A stretch of DNA of 64,000 nucleotides from Perkinsus chesapeaki ATCC PRA-425 (taxonomy: Eukaryota > Protista > Perkinsozoa), in assembly GCA_013115145.1 (NCBI GenBank), contig JAAPAO010000137.1, positions 1,942 through 65,941 of the forward strand. The letters are read 5' to 3'. How positions within the stretch are numbered: the stretch's first letter is position 1; each line of letters begins with the position of its first letter. The notes under the pieces are model-generated. The model was not told where the DNA came from. It saw only the letters and a list, made by a program, of their open reading frames with translations, and ran no database searches. A program made the position numbers and the translations under genes. Shown here piece after piece: positions 13,101-26,400 of the stretch.

Positions 13101-16100
13101 AGAGTCGAACAATGCCAGAGAACTTCGCGTCGCACCCTGCCCGAAAAGAGCTGGGTGGGCAGCTTCTTCTCCTGGCAGCAGAAAGATGGACCGAAATTAC
13201 CGAAATTCAACGAAGGCGAGTCGAGTCGACATTCGTCTGACGTCACGCCGAACTCGGACCGGTTTTTGGCATGTCAGATATGCCATATCTTCCCGGAAAC
13301 GCCCGTTGTGCCACAACAGTCGTGGGCAGAGTTATGAGTATCGTACCAAACGACAGCTTAATAGCTATAAGTATGGTGCATAGTCTCGCAGAGGCTCTGC
13401 GGCAGAGCTCCTTCACCTGGTGGTTGATTCATATGCCATATATCACTCTTTTGTGACCCTTCGATAGATTCCTCCATTATGAAAAGCGACGGCTCAACTA
13501 TTCCTCTAAGCTGCTCGTGGATAATTCTGAACGCGCGCTAACTTTTCCGCCACAAATCCGACGGCGTGAAAGAAGAAGGGCAGACTGCGCTGCTTCTCCT
13601 AAAGATGTGACATAATCCGCATCGTGGAGCTGGTATACTTCGTGCGAGTGGCCAGCTCTCCGTTGTTGCTTTAAGCAGTGTGTGCAAATTTGTTATGCAA
13701 ATTGCCAAACTTTAGTTATCTCTCACCGTGGAGCGGCTTGAGATTCCTGAGTTGGAAGTTTTATGTCTTTTTACAAGGGGAAATCGATGAGATATCGATC
13801 AACCGTTTCATGAGCCGTTTCATTGTTATATTTGGCACACGGTCATTTTAGCGCGCGCCCAGAGTGCGATTTTGTTATGCAACTGCCACGGAAAATGTGA
13901 TATATCCCTCGTAAAGTGAAGCGGTACCTCCAAAACAGTTCAGATATCTCTAGACGGTCCTTAGGCACCTTGATACAGGTCAAACGACAGATATATGCTT
14001 TAAAATTGATTGGCACTGCGAGCTTTCGTCAGTCATCACTTTTGAGAGTATATCAGCTATATTATGGCTTTGCCCAGCGATTGGGAGACATGGTTTGCTT
14101 CTCTGAGCACCACATAGCATAGTTGTCAAGAGTATGTTGGGAATATGGTGTGCAACTTGATCATGTGCCAGTTTTTAGACACGAAGGAAATGAGTAACAT
14201 AGTTTGCATGCTAGTTTCGGAGATAGGTTCAACAAGTAATGTGGCCCTGATAGTAGCGCCGAGTTGGGCGTCTCCCACGGTTTCCAGAAGTATCTGATTC
14301 TCTTACTTCTTCGTAGAGACGATGACTCTGTGGCGCTAGGATTACCCCACGCGCGCGCGAACGTCCACTTAAGGTGTAAAAACCAGGTTTTCGGAGAAAT
14401 CGAAATTCGAAGTACGGGTTTGAGGAACCCAGGACGAATTGAATCGTGACCTTCATATGAGATGAAACCTAATGAGATGGAGATTCCCGCGATGATGCGG
14501 AGACTAAATCGATCGACCGTTTCGTTGATGAAACGGCTGGTCAGCCGCCTATACTATGGAAGCTTTCTCGCATTTGAGCTTGTTCAGCCATGTGCTTATG
14601 AAAGCGAAGGCAAAGAATTTTTCGCTGGTCTCCGGTCATAAGGTATTGAACCGGTGTTGGACCCAACATATGAGAGTTCGAGTGAAAATGAGCTACCAAG
14701 TGAAAAATGTTACAGTCTGCCCTGGCACAGTCCCAGCAGGCGTTTAGCATCCTAGAAATGAGTTAGTGGTGCATTCTCTGGTAGGATATCTCATTTAGGA
14801 TACTCTGGGCAGGATGCAGGATATTGAACTGGCTATCCATGAAGTGTATAACCTACTTCGTGGCAGTTGCATAACCAAATCGCACGCTGGGCGCGCGCGA
14901 AAATGACCGTGTGCCAAATATGACAATGAAACGGCCCATGAAACGGTTGATCGATATCTCATCGATTTCCCCTAGTGAAAATACATATACCATCTAAGTT
15001 TGGCATCTCAAGCCGCCCTACGGCGAGAGATAACTAAAATTTGGCAACTTGCATAACAAATTTGCACACACTGTAGAGCCCTCAGGGTGGAAGCGTCACG
15101 CTCTCGAACAGCACGCTTTGAGCGCGCATTTCGAATCGAATAGGGAGCTTCAGAGTTTCGACTGCTTGGCAGCACATCTGTTCAACTGAGCAGTCAAAGC
15201 TGCACTGTAATGCATACTTCAGGCGTCTACCTCGTGGACCCTTACATTCATATATGGCAAGGCTATACAGATCCACGAAACAATTTGAATGACAGAGATC
15301 ATCAATTAAGGTCTGTCATCACATGGAATCATCATACCGATTATGACTTATTCAGATTCGAACAGCTCCGGAATGATCTCCATTACTCCTCAGTGCCCGA
15401 TTGGAAATACACTTTTATAAGGTGGGGAACGTGCAAGGCATATCTTCCTGATACCTTATTGGCAATCCTCACAGCAATATTATAACAGGATTGCCGCATA
15501 CAGCAAAAAGCATAAGTTCATTAAGTTGACGTTAATCACTCGGTCACTGCGAGTGACTCACTGGCGTAGACTCGATCCGCTGTACACTGTCTGACTATCT
15601 ACGCCCATGCGAAATAGGCATTGTTTTCTTGCATCTGTGAAACTTTCACGAGGTGACTTCGTCGACCTTCGCCAGCTCCTCTATTAAGTTGTGAGCATCA
15701 ACGAGTGCAACCTTACTCTATGAAGCCCAATCATGTTTTTAGTAGAAACTTTTCACCTATCTCAGAGATTTCTCCTTCTCTTTCGGTCCGTGGTGGATAG
15801 GCAAGGAAGACCTCCCTCGACCGACATTCATGTAACAGTGGGTGTTGTGAAAGCTTGTAATTATCTAATCTGCTGTGCAACGTCTTGTCCTCATTGATAT
15901 ATCTCGTGTGTCTCAGTGTGAAAGATTTTGGTAGCTCAAAGCGAAAAAGCGTTGTAATTTCATCAATACGGTGACTAAGGTTTTGAAACTTCGAGGCAAG
16001 CGAGCTTTAAACATGACGGGCATAACTCCTTTGTGCAGCCAGCCTGGGTGTCAGTCGTCAACATACATCACGGTCGGTAGAAGGATATATTGCCTATTAG

Positions 16101-16190
16101 TTACGTTGATGGGAATCCCAGTTTTAAAGCTGTCCGTAGGGACTTGGATATATGGTGGCCAATACTCTCTACAGGAGGGATTATGGCAGG
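10180..16190 (+). CDS. Class I SAM-dependent methyltransferase (Methyltransf_24-like); core span only, true ends unresolved; contains a ~4.9-kb intron (10351-15222)
   Basis: In-phase splice joins give [26 protein letters not shown]|[47 protein letters not shown]. Confidence 0.7.
10365..10766. repeat. 39-bp minisatellite, interrupted by an assembly N-gap (10557-10654)
   Basis: Unit GTAATAGTCAAGGAGATAGACCTGCATTATATAAATGGT, near-identical copies on both sides of the gap. Confidence 0.97.
11122..12804 (-). CDS. Papain-family (cathepsin L-like) cysteine protease with signal peptide and I29 pro-region, nested antisense in the methyltransferase intron
   Basis: [14 protein letters not shown]..; [14 protein letters not shown]; [24 protein letters not shown]; GCNGGW; GPISV; [11 protein letters not shown]; [20 protein letters not shown]. 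Confidence 0.9.
13676..15073. mobile_element. Non-autonomous DNA transposon with ~230-bp terminal inverted repeats (Tc1/mariner-like CAGT termini)
   Basis: The left end CAGTGTGTGCAAATTTGTTATGC.. and right end ..GCATAACAAATTTGCACACACTG pair over ~230 bp. TA follows the right end; the left flank is TAAG. No intact transposase ORF. Confidence 0.85.
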
Positions 16191-17249
16191 CACCTGCTAC
16201 TGTAAGAATGCATTCGATAATATGGAAAGGGATCGCTGAAGCTTAATAGGCAGTGAAATTCATCCCTCATAATATGAGGCTCATATTACGAATAACGAAT
16301 TTCACTTCCTTATTTCCAAGCTTTATTATGAAGTTCCGCATTTATGGTGGTAATCGACACCACACAATTGAAGCCTTCACGAGCCAGCTGCGTTGCCACT
16401 AGTAAGGTAATCCTGTATTTTGGATTTATAATCCTCTCGAAGTTCACTGTAACTGGGTTACTTCAAGGCGGCTTAGGCGTTCAGCCCAGACAGACGTGTG
16501 ATAGGTTCAAGAATCATTGAACTTTCGACACATTATAACTCATAATTATTAATACTATCCGGGTAAGACTTTCTACAAGAGGCTCCTGGTAGGAATCTCT
16601 TCCCCGCCGGACTTCCCATCTTGACATTCACTGGGCCTGAAGGACGCCCAAGACCGATGCTAGGCAATCGGATGCTGCCAGTGCGACTACCAGGGCTATT
16701 GTGTGCCTATTTGCTAATTCACTATATTCCTCGAGCTGGGCGTACTGCAATCTGACTGTGTCACGTCGCCTATGTGCTCATCGCAGCCTCCAAAATTTTC
16801 AGGAAACGATGTAGGAATTTACTTTATGAATAAGAATCTCAGGCAGATATACTGTAAACAATCATTAGTTCACACTCATCCTAGTTTGCTATAATTTTGG
16901 TTTGGTCTACCACGAGCCTTCCGGTTGACAGCGTCTGTGAAAATCAAGCAAATCCTCGCAAATCTCAGAGACTCTCTTGCTATATATTCTAGTTGACTTT
17001 TTAGTTGATAGCGGAGAATCAGAGAAGCCCGTTGGAGTTGAGTCGGCTCTTGCGGAATTTCTTATGGAACGTTCTCTTGATAATGTCAATGTGTTCCTCC
17101 TTTCCCATCCCAGTCAACGTTCAGAGTGTCACGGTGCATATGACTGGGCCATTTTCAAGCCCATTGTGTCTGAGACTGACATGGCATGAGCTGTTAGCAC
17201 GCATGTACATGGCTGAGTTTCAACTATCTGAATCGTTTTTGGTTTGTTA

Positions 17250-18200
17250 GTCAAAGTATTAACTTGTAGCAAATGTGAAGAATTTTCTATCCGTCTGGAC
17301 TTCACGTCGCGAGACAGCTTTACCACCATCCCTCCTTGAACTGCCCCATTGTTGGAGTTTTCGGGTTTTCTAGGAGAAAGTTACTTCGTACGAAATATGC
17401 GAAGTCCGCGAAACTGAATCAGACATTTTCGTGGAACAACTCCCACTTGAAGCTGTTAACCGCGGTATTGTGCTTCTACGCTCGGTGGCCCAAGTCTATG
17501 CTTTCTCTTACTTTTTGTGATTCACGTATTGTCGATACCATATTGTCTTTCTTTCTCTTTAGACTAGCAGTTGCTGTATCATCACTCTTTCGCTCAGTCG
17601 CTCTACTGGTATGATGAGCACCCTCTGCTGTGGATGGATACCGGAATACTATCCAAGCAAATTTTTCTCACAATCGTTGATAATTGGTATATTCGATTTT
17701 GAAGTGTTAATCACTATAATAACGATAGTTCGCTCTCCGACTTTTGTTGAGTTGTTACTGTTAACCGACGCCAGTTCGAGTCGGCTGGGAAGCTCCATAT
17801 CTAGGCCAGCAACCAGTGGTTGCTTGTGCTCGTATGGATACCAAGTTTATAGGCTGACGAGCGTCCATGTTGAGCTAAGATTCGATTGTTGCACAACAGC
17901 ATGGTTGTCCCAACGAACACTACCACTCATGGGTGGTGCAGTAACCCCAGCAATCGCATACACACTTCCATTACAGGATCTATCCCAGTTGAAGATGAGA
18001 ACACGATCAGATTTAAAATCGATGTTACGTGAGTCGTTAGCTGTATGACGCACTGAATTGCTGATAGATATGACTCCCTTTCGTGGACAGTCTATCGTCG
18101 ATTCTCCGAATTCGACTCCCTCATCACAGAGGTATAGTCTCATCAGATTAAGGGAACAAATATAGAGAATTATCAGTTATCTGGTTGTGGACTGGCATGC
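17250..18200 (-). CDS. Hypothetical multi-exon protein (unassigned)
   Basis: Open, plausible frames (RLYLCDEGVEFGES..; FADFAYFVRSNFLLENPK..) with no recognisable family motif. Boundaries uncertain. Confidence 0.3.
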
Positions 18201-18322
18201 CTCCCAGCGCTGCCGCCGAAGACGCTAATAAAAGCACCAACTGCTAGCTCGGACGCTACAAGTACCTAACTGTTATAGGCAGCCCTTGCTCTAGCTCGAG
18301 TGCTAGAACCTGTCCGCATGCT

Positions 18323-19390
18323 TCACTGCACATCGCCGTGCTTGGTTACGGTTTCGATGTCTCCTAGTGCGAGTAGCACTAACAGGCTAGTACTTCCAGG
18401 AAGCGTTGCTTCCCCAATGAAACATAATAGAATTTTTCCCAACTATAGAAGAGCCATGAAACTCGAACAGTCAAAAGCAAAAGTGGCTATAGTAATATCT
18501 AATATTTCACCTGGGCCCTTCACTATGGCAGCAGCGGGACTAGCAGATTGTTATAGTAATGTACAGCGCCGATCACTAGTCCATTGGCAGTTGGATGAAT
18601 AATAATTATTGCATATCCTGCTCTGGCAGGATGACTGAGTCTGGAATTTAAGGCAGAAAACTCTCGATAAGAATACGTTGTCAATCAGGGAATCGAACTC
18701 ACGCTCTCCACATCCTCCTGCGCCGGCTCCTACAAAGACCTGATACTCGCTCCAGCACTCCGCTGCTCAGGTGAGCATGTCCTCAAACTAGATAAAACTT
18801 ATTCACTGAGAACTCCTGGGGAGGATTAGGAAATCATCGGTTCAATATCGCCAACTCGTCCCCATGTACCCATACGATGAGCGTCCTTAGTGCTCCTTCT
18901 AAGAACAATCGATAATTCTGTAGGTCCCGCTTTGTAGATGCTTCACCGAATTTCTTTGGAGGAAGGGCCCCACAATCCACAATGGCGATAAGTTGATAAT
19001 CATACCGTTCAGGACTTCGAAACGGTTGAATCGAGAGTGTTAGCCGTTACCTTGTAATTGTTTCATTCACTCGCTCGAACTAAGAGTCGATTTCAAAGAA
19101 CAAATTCGAGTTCAGTCAGTAATTCAGCAAAGATCTCATTATCGTCAGATTTATAGAGTTTGAAAAACACACTGACATCACCCATAACATACCGTTGCAG
19201 ATGAAAGCTGATGGGCAATCTCATTCCAGGCTTGACGACCCAAGGCAGTGCCAGGCTCTCTCGGCTACATGCATCATTAGTGTCAGATTCGCTGTTAGCT
19301 GCATACAAGTGAACTCCACTGGAACAGTTGTAATTGTTGCTCATGAGGTTGGACAACTTCAACTGCCAGTAGCCTCTCACTTGCGCCACA
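18323..19390 (-). CDS. DNA polymerase alpha subunit B-like (phosphoesterase-fold B subunit); ends approximate
   Basis: Exon peptides WIVGPFLQ, STKDAHR, NPPQEFSVN and PDSVILP resemble B-subunit motifs (LxGPF, PSxxD, NPxxF, PDxLIxP). Confidence 0.5.
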
Positions 19391-19494
19391 GGACGCCACG
19401 GCGATGGCGCGACTTGGTCGTGTGTGGTCGATTGTGGAACCGGATGAACTTGGTGCAGTAAATGTGTATCATAGAGTCATAACGGAGACAACTG

Positions 19495-22007
19495 ATGATA
19501 GTGAAGAAAGCAAAAGAGAATCTTCAGAGAAGTCGGCGCGATTCTTCCGACCCTAGGGAGCTCCTTCCTCAGATGGAAGTGCATTATGCGCGAGACCTTT
19601 CCCATGAAGATCAGAGCAGTTTCGATTATCGAGCCGTCGAGACAGTTTGTTATCGGTGCGCGTCAGGGCAGGACGCCTCGGTCTCTAGTAACGCTGTAGG
19701 CACCGAGACAGGGGCTATAATAGGATACTCGTTACCTACCAAGCAACAGCCGCAACCTAAACTACTATGGAAGTTGGACGCTCATGGCCCACATCCTGTC
19801 ACTGGGCTAGCGGCACTTGGTGATGGCAACAGGCTTGTCACAATTGGTCTTGATAATGCCGTAAGTTACATTATGGCATACTTTAACAAATAGTTCCTTG
19901 AGTTTGACGAAAAGAATCTTCATCAGTCGGGCCAGCTTATTGATTGTCCTCTTTGAAGTTCTCGAAAGAGTGTCTTGGCCAACAACAGGATTGATGGAGG
20001 AAGATTGTCGTGCCTTTCATTAGCGCTTTAACGATGACTGTCATTACGCCTACTTTGATATCGGACACGCAACTTTCCTGTTACATCTCCCAAAGCTCGT
20101 CGGTGCTCCTAATCGGTAACGTATTTACTGGCCGCAGATTGCCACACACCAGTCGGACTCGATAGCTCCAATGTTCCCTTCAAGGTTCGTATTATCGATG
20201 TCGTGATGAAACCGATACCAACCGGCGAGCTCTATTCGGGAGGAAGACTCACCAAACGACTCAAGGGCTCATCGTACTTAACCTCCGTGGTAAGCTGGTG
20301 AACACTTCTTGATTCAATTGGAGCCGTTTTCCCAGGCATTAGACACTTACGGTCGAGCCTATATAGGAAGTAGCGGTGGAGACGTATTCATTTTTGATAC
20401 GACAACCGCGCCGAGGCCGGCGTTCCTCCACCAGTTTGCCAGTCACGATGGGGCGGAGATCACGGCCTTGGTGAGATTACTCTTGAGATCGCGTTTATAT
20501 CTATGATGCTGTTGAAGCCACCTGCTACTGATCCAGTATTAGGCGACGTGGTCTCGAGCCACTGATCTGGCCAGATCGCAGAAACTGCTCAACGGACCGT
20601 TGACAACGGTGGATTGCTTCCGTCGAATTATACAACCTGTCATTCCTCTACTCACGAATCATTTGCTACTTCTTGTGTCTCACTACTCGGTTCGTGCCTT
20701 GCCGTTTTTTTCTTCAGAACATCCCACGGTCTTCCTCATCGAGTCCGTCAGCTCTTATCTTTATAGCTCACGGTTCCACGGTGTCACTATACGATATACA
20801 GAACCAAGGCTACGAGAAGAGGATGACCAGATTGAAGAAGTATACCGCTGACCGCAGTTGGGTCTCCCGGTTGCTTTCGTCTTCTACTGCCAGTTCTGTC
20901 GTGTAATGTCTCATGTTTCCTGTAAAGGTTCGTCCCGCTGACTGATTACATTAAGGCATCTTCTATGGGGAAAGTCACATGCTTATCGTTCAACAGCGAG
21001 AGGCGAATGCTTCTTGCTGGATACGCTTCGGGCGTTGTTGCAATGTGGAGCCTTAACGTCGGCGTAAGCATTCCTTGCCGCTTGCTGGAGGAATCTTTTG
21101 CGCAGCCGGAAGATTCCCCAAAGATGAGCACGGCTACCCTAGTGAGCCACCCCGATGTTGCTTCGGTTACGAGCTTGTTTTGGACTGAAGCTGATAAGAT
21201 ATTCACAGGAACCGATGAGGGGAGGGTGAAGGTAGGTATCACCCACTGCGTATGATGATGATTTAAAGGGACAAGAGTTGGCGTGTTATGATACTTGTTG
21301 GATCGGGAAGGACTATATTCGACTAGCTGCTAAGCTCCTGGATAGCTGAAGAAAAACTAACAGCTTTACAATCGACCAGCCGACAGAGAGTTCCCTGCCG
21401 GCAGGGCTTATGAGCAGCGTACAGGCTCGTTCCTTCCTTTGATGGTAGATTTGGACTCTAACTGGATGCACTGAAGATTACGAGCATGTGCCTGATATAG
21501 ACGATGACCACAATGGCCGGAACACTGCTAGCGTCGAGGCTATTCAACACAATATGACAGAGTAAGATCCGATTCAACTGGAGCCATTCTCCTGTTAGCT
21601 CTACAATCTATTCTGGGCTGTTGGATGCTGCGCCAACGGAGACGGTGAAGGCTCGTAGCGATACCGATGAAGATGAATGGTGAGTCACTATTGGTGGTGA
21701 TACCAATTGTTGTTTATGATGAGCATGTTAGTGGGGGTATTTGTCGCGTTAGTGGTTGTTGAGTTTAGTGTGCGCAATGCGATTCCACAATTGCATGAAG
21801 AATCAGCTACACTGCACACCGTCGGGTTGGCGAGGGAATTAACAATGCTGATAAGAGGTATACAACACAACCTTTGACACGGAAAGACAGACAGCATGCT
21901 CGAAAATCGACCGAAGTTAGCTCCGCCCCAGAATCTTTCGCCTCGCCTCATCGAACCTCGCTCGCCACCGTCTCCTGGCAAACAGATTCCACATAATACT
22001 CAAAGTT
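19495..22007 (+). CDS. WD40-repeat protein, multi-exon; 3' end uncertain
   Basis: LLWKLDAHGPHPVTGLAALGDGNRLVTIGLDNA; KVTCLSFNSERRMLLAGYASGVVAMWSL; VTSLFWTEADKIFTGTDEGRVK. Confidence 0.7.
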
Positions 22008-22131
22008 AATAATACCGATCTTCGTCTTACCCGGACACTATAATGCAGAGAATAACCCTCCTCAGCTAGTCAACAGTGAACCACCGTGGTCAAGTCAACC
22101 ACGGCATCATCGCATCGCTTTCTATGATATC

Positions 22132-23178
22132 GTGGCAGTTAAAAATTTCCAAGTGATGGGCTCACCTTATTCCAAGCTCGCTCCCGTTTCAGCTGCGGCT
22201 GTCCTAGCTCCAACGGTTTTCGCTGCTGCTCCGCCTGGTCAGAAGCTCCTTAGCCCGTCGCTGTCTACCGATGGCACGTACATCAGCAATGCACCCAGCG
22301 ACCTCGACCTCGAACACCTAGGCATCGATTTGTTACCTAATGATGGTCAACACTTGAATGTGAAACTTACATTGTTTACTCCTGGTATGAGGTTGACGAC
22401 CGTATCTCTGGAGATGGAACCATTCGATACGGCCATTACAGAGTCGGACAGGAAGCTGAAATCGGAGGGATGCGTCAAACCGAAAGGCTCCTATAACTGG
22501 CACCTTCAGTGGGATGGGTATCCTCCGGTTGGCCCTGGAACTATCGCTTTGTGCCCTGGAATTGGTGATGAGGGTGTAAGAACAGTCCGCATCATTCTGA
22601 ACAGAGCAGCATATGGTACACAAGGTGTTATGATCTCGCAGCTGCACAAGTCGGGAAAGGAGGATGCACCGAGAATTGACAAACCTCGAGGACTTCGAAC
22701 AGGAGAATACGTCTACTCATCCTCCGGTGGTAACGCCTTGTCTGAAATCAGGATTACCGTACCGGATGGGAGATTTTCTGAAAGAAGGAGTGGGAACATT
22801 ACTTTCACAGTTGTTGAGAATGGCCAAGAGTACAGCACAGCGGTGTGGTTCGCAAGTGTTCGGCAGATTTCATCTCTCAGAAAGAGCTCATACATGCTTG
22901 ACACATGCTTCGCTTTTCACAATCGGGGAGATGGACGCATTAATGAGATAAAAATGAAAATATATCCAGGGAAGGACACCCGTCATTCTATGATGTTGTG
23001 TGTTTCTGCCGATCAAAAAGCTTTACTGCTCTACCCTGATCAAAAAAGGTCAGATCCCAAGGATACAGTCTTCCGCTTAGTCGAAAAGCAGCCTTTGGGC
23101 CCCACTCAGGGGAGTAAGCGCGGAAGTCACCCTGATGATAAAGAAGAAGAAAACATTAAGAAAGTACGAAAGGACTGA
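22132..23178 (+). CDS. Intronless hypothetical protein (348 aa), hydrophobic N-terminus and basic C-terminal tail
   Basis: Long uninterrupted ORF; LAPVSAAAVLAPTVFAAAP near the N-terminus; ends KRGSHPDDKEEENIKKVRKD. Confidence 0.8.
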   Translation: MAVKNFQVMGSPYSKLAPVSAAAVLAPTVFAAAPPGQKLLSPSLSTDGTYISNAPSDLDLEHLGIDLLPNDGQHLNVKLTLFTPGMRLTTVSLEMEPFDTAITESDRKLKSEGCVKPKGSYNWHLQWDGYPPVGPGTIALCPGIGDEGVRTVRIILNRAAYGTQGVMISQLHKSGKEDAPRIDKPRGLRTGEYVYSSSGGNALSEIRITVPDGRFSERRSGNITFTVVENGQEYSTAVWFASVRQISSLRKSSYMLDTCFAFHNRGDGRINEIKMKIYPGKDTRHSMMLCVSADQKALLLYPDQKRSDPKDTVFRLVEKQPLGPTQGSKRGSHPDDKEEENIKKVRKD

Positions 23179-23430
23179 GCGCCTCTCTCATGTTGCTGTT
23201 GCTGTTGTACTCCATGGATCTTATGTTAAGTCATATAATAATATACGATGTTTTTAACACTATAGCGGAGCTGGAATTTTCCAGCCGTTGACGGCATCAC
23301 TGTGTGGAGATAGATAAGGGATATCAATCCTCTACAGGGCTCATTTTCAATGAACATTGACCAGCAATGGCTAGTAACAAAAATGAAGGAAACCGTGCGA
23401 AATGAGAGCTCAACGATGTAGCTTGTTTCA

Positions 23431-26400
23431 ATGAAGCTGCTAAGTGTCACCTTGGTCACATCCATATCCAATTCCATTATGTCAGAGGACTGTGTAGATC
23501 ATCCAAGTTGGAGTTGGGCACGAACGCAACTGAATAAATACGCTGATAAGTCGGTGAAGGGAACGGTCCAATCTCGCACGTGCCACCTGCTGCGAGAGCC
23601 ATCACGTTGGACACAGGTACCTTGACAGACCTGACCTTATCGCGCCTGCTCTCCACTTCGCTAGTTCGATCGACATTAGCTCTTTCCCTGACAGTATAGA
23701 TTGCCGCATTGGTATTGTGTCATTATCCCTTCTCATTGTGCTCTACACGCATCCGCCTGAAGCACTGGAGCAGGCAACGTTGCCAATAATCGAAAACCTG
23801 CAAGGACTAACATCTCTATCGGTGAGTTGTCTTGGACATGCTCACGTAAGAGCTCTACGGCTCGAACGTAAGGAAGTCGCTCGTTGGGAGACCGTCTTTG
23901 TCGTCGCTCGTTCCTTGGATTCAACGTGAAGATTGTTATTTAGCTCATTGACACCGATTGGCCTTTATTATCGATATTGGCGACGATTCATAAAGCGATA
24001 CCAAATAAAGAGACCGGAAGCTGCTCACTGGAGGCAAGTCGGCTCTGAGATGCAACCTGGAGAAAAGATCGTTCGGTAGCAGTCTTATGTATCGTGCCTG
24101 AGTTCAGGCCAATGTGTCCGCCGTGATAGAAAGAATGAAGCAAGTCGGCGGCTTAATGCCACCTTGTTATCTACAACGGCACTTGGACAGACTCTCGAAA
24201 CACGATAACTGCCGAATCTTGTAAGTGAATAAAATACCTATCCTGACGGATCCCATTTATTTGTACCTCATGCACTTCCTTGTTAAAACATTCGTGAGTA
24301 GAGACGCACCAAGTCCCGTACTAGAGATCCTGCATGCCTTCACCGTATCGGTATTGCTTACCAACGGTCAGGCGAGCAACTTTGCTCGCTCACCTCTATC
24401 GAGCCCGGCAACTGGCGGAATCTGGAGGATTAGAAGATGTCTTTCGTTATTCACATATTAATGTCGACGAGCAGGAGAAGTATGCGAGAGATGCGCTGGG
24501 CCCAGACTGGATGGGAGGCCCTGGAAGAAATCTCAGCTCCGTTGAGGGTCTCGAGGAAATCGTCGAGGAAGTAGCGTTATCGAACAGCATCATTAGCACT
24601 CCACTCGCAGTTCATTCTGAGCAATATCACCGCCGTACTGAAGGGCCGATCGCCCCTCTTCGAGGCTCTCGATCTGGCAACACTACGGCCGTCCGTGACC
24701 ATACAAACTCGAAGCCCCGACACCGGCATGACAGTGAACTACACTCAAATGGTCTCCCCCCATAGAACTGGTTCTGACGGACTAATATCTAATCGTATCA
24801 GAGTTGATCGAAGCCCGTACTGTACCCAGTCCTTTATGGATATCTTTGCCAAGTTGGAGTTGAACTCTGTTATCGAAGTTGGCCCGCATCTTGGCGACTG
24901 CGTGCTCTGGGCGGCAATCGTCATGAATGCTACTGGTGTGGCTGTGGAGCCTTTAAAGCAGCTCGCGGACATGATACGGAAATCTAGGGGTGAGCACCTG
25001 TGAACGTAACAGGTCCGTTGGAGAACCGAACTTGTATACTTCTGGTCACGCTGAACACGCGGCGATGACTGATAAAAACAAGTTGAATCCGCGAATACCG
25101 ATCCCCGATATCTTCTCTAAAACGCTGGCACGACCGATCCACGGCAATTCTGAGCGCATGTGTCCTCATCACTGTGAACGGCTCTTCCTGGCGATCTCGC
25201 TCGGGATTTCGGCGCTTTGGTGAGTGACTAGCATACAGTTCGCCGGTGTTCATCTAGATTTGAATGGTATTAGCGAAGAGGCACTGAGTGTCCACGAAGT
25301 TGCGGCATCGGATGAAGAAAAGATCGGCGAATATATTTGGGGACGTGCAGTGGTGAGAAACGGTGCACTTCCGTGTGGCTTGAAGGGCCGCTGGGGAACT
25401 TGTATTCCCGTAGGGTCTTCCTATGACTGAGTCCAAGCTCGCCTCTTTCAACTGGCAAAAGCAAATACCCGCTGACTTTGAGCGAAGCTGTTATGAGTGT
25501 TAATCGAAAATTCATGGCATAAACAATAAGTGTCTCCATGGTGGCATCTTTGCTAGGTTAAAACCCTAGATTCGTTGCTGGAAGCTTCACAGTTAACGCG
25601 CGAAAGATATGCTGAAGGTCGGAATGGCGTAGCGTTGAAGGTTCACACTAATGGAGGTGATCATATTTTGCTACTCTCTGCTGCTATCACTAAACCGACT
25701 TGAGCTCAATAGCGATTGCCATGTGACGCGCTCCATACCTAGCAAGTGATCCACTTCCTCGGAGATCACAGAGGACTGCATGTGACCTAACGCTGGGAAC
25801 TTTGCGGTTGGGAGCAGCGTTCGATATCTCTCTCAATGGCTTCAATTCGCTTCTGGTTGGCCCTTTTGGTTTGAGTGTTTGCGTTTTAGGTGAAGATGCG
25901 GTCCTTCGTGGAGCACGGGGACTTCTTTCCAGTAGAAATGGTGTACAGTTTGTCATGATAAATACCAACTCATTACAAGTAAGCTCAACCTCAATCTAAA
26001 AAGATGCTCTATTTGCCCCGGTTTTGTCTTCATCAATTACTATTGTTATCCTTTCTCTACTGTCATCTGTACTATCTAATGTTGTTATTATCTTTATTCA
26101 GTGAATATTTATTATCCTGCTCTAGATTCATTCGAGTTTAGTGCAGAAATGTGCTTAGTTCACATATGTGTGTGAGTTTATAGTCCAATGTCGAATATGG
26201 CTTAGATTATCCATACCATGTGCAACTTGAACCGAGAGGGTTTAAATTAAACTGTCTAATACCTATACCATAGTTGTCACTATCCGGTTCACCGAAGGGA
26301 GCCAGTGTCTAGAGATCCTACTTGCATATTGCCCATCACTTGTCATGTTGTCAGATGATCCTTAAATGTCGTGACTTTCTATCAAGTCTGGGACCTCACG

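Noticed and set aside
12832-13460. Zinc-finger-like peptides (CTACG, CQICH) upstream of the cathepsin
   Set aside because: Only half motifs in short stop-bounded frames, so a gene cannot be supported.
18670-18715. GTTCGATTCCC T-arm-like sequence on the minus strand
   Set aside because: It reads in frame as EREFDSLIDN within a coding exon, and there is no cloverleaf.
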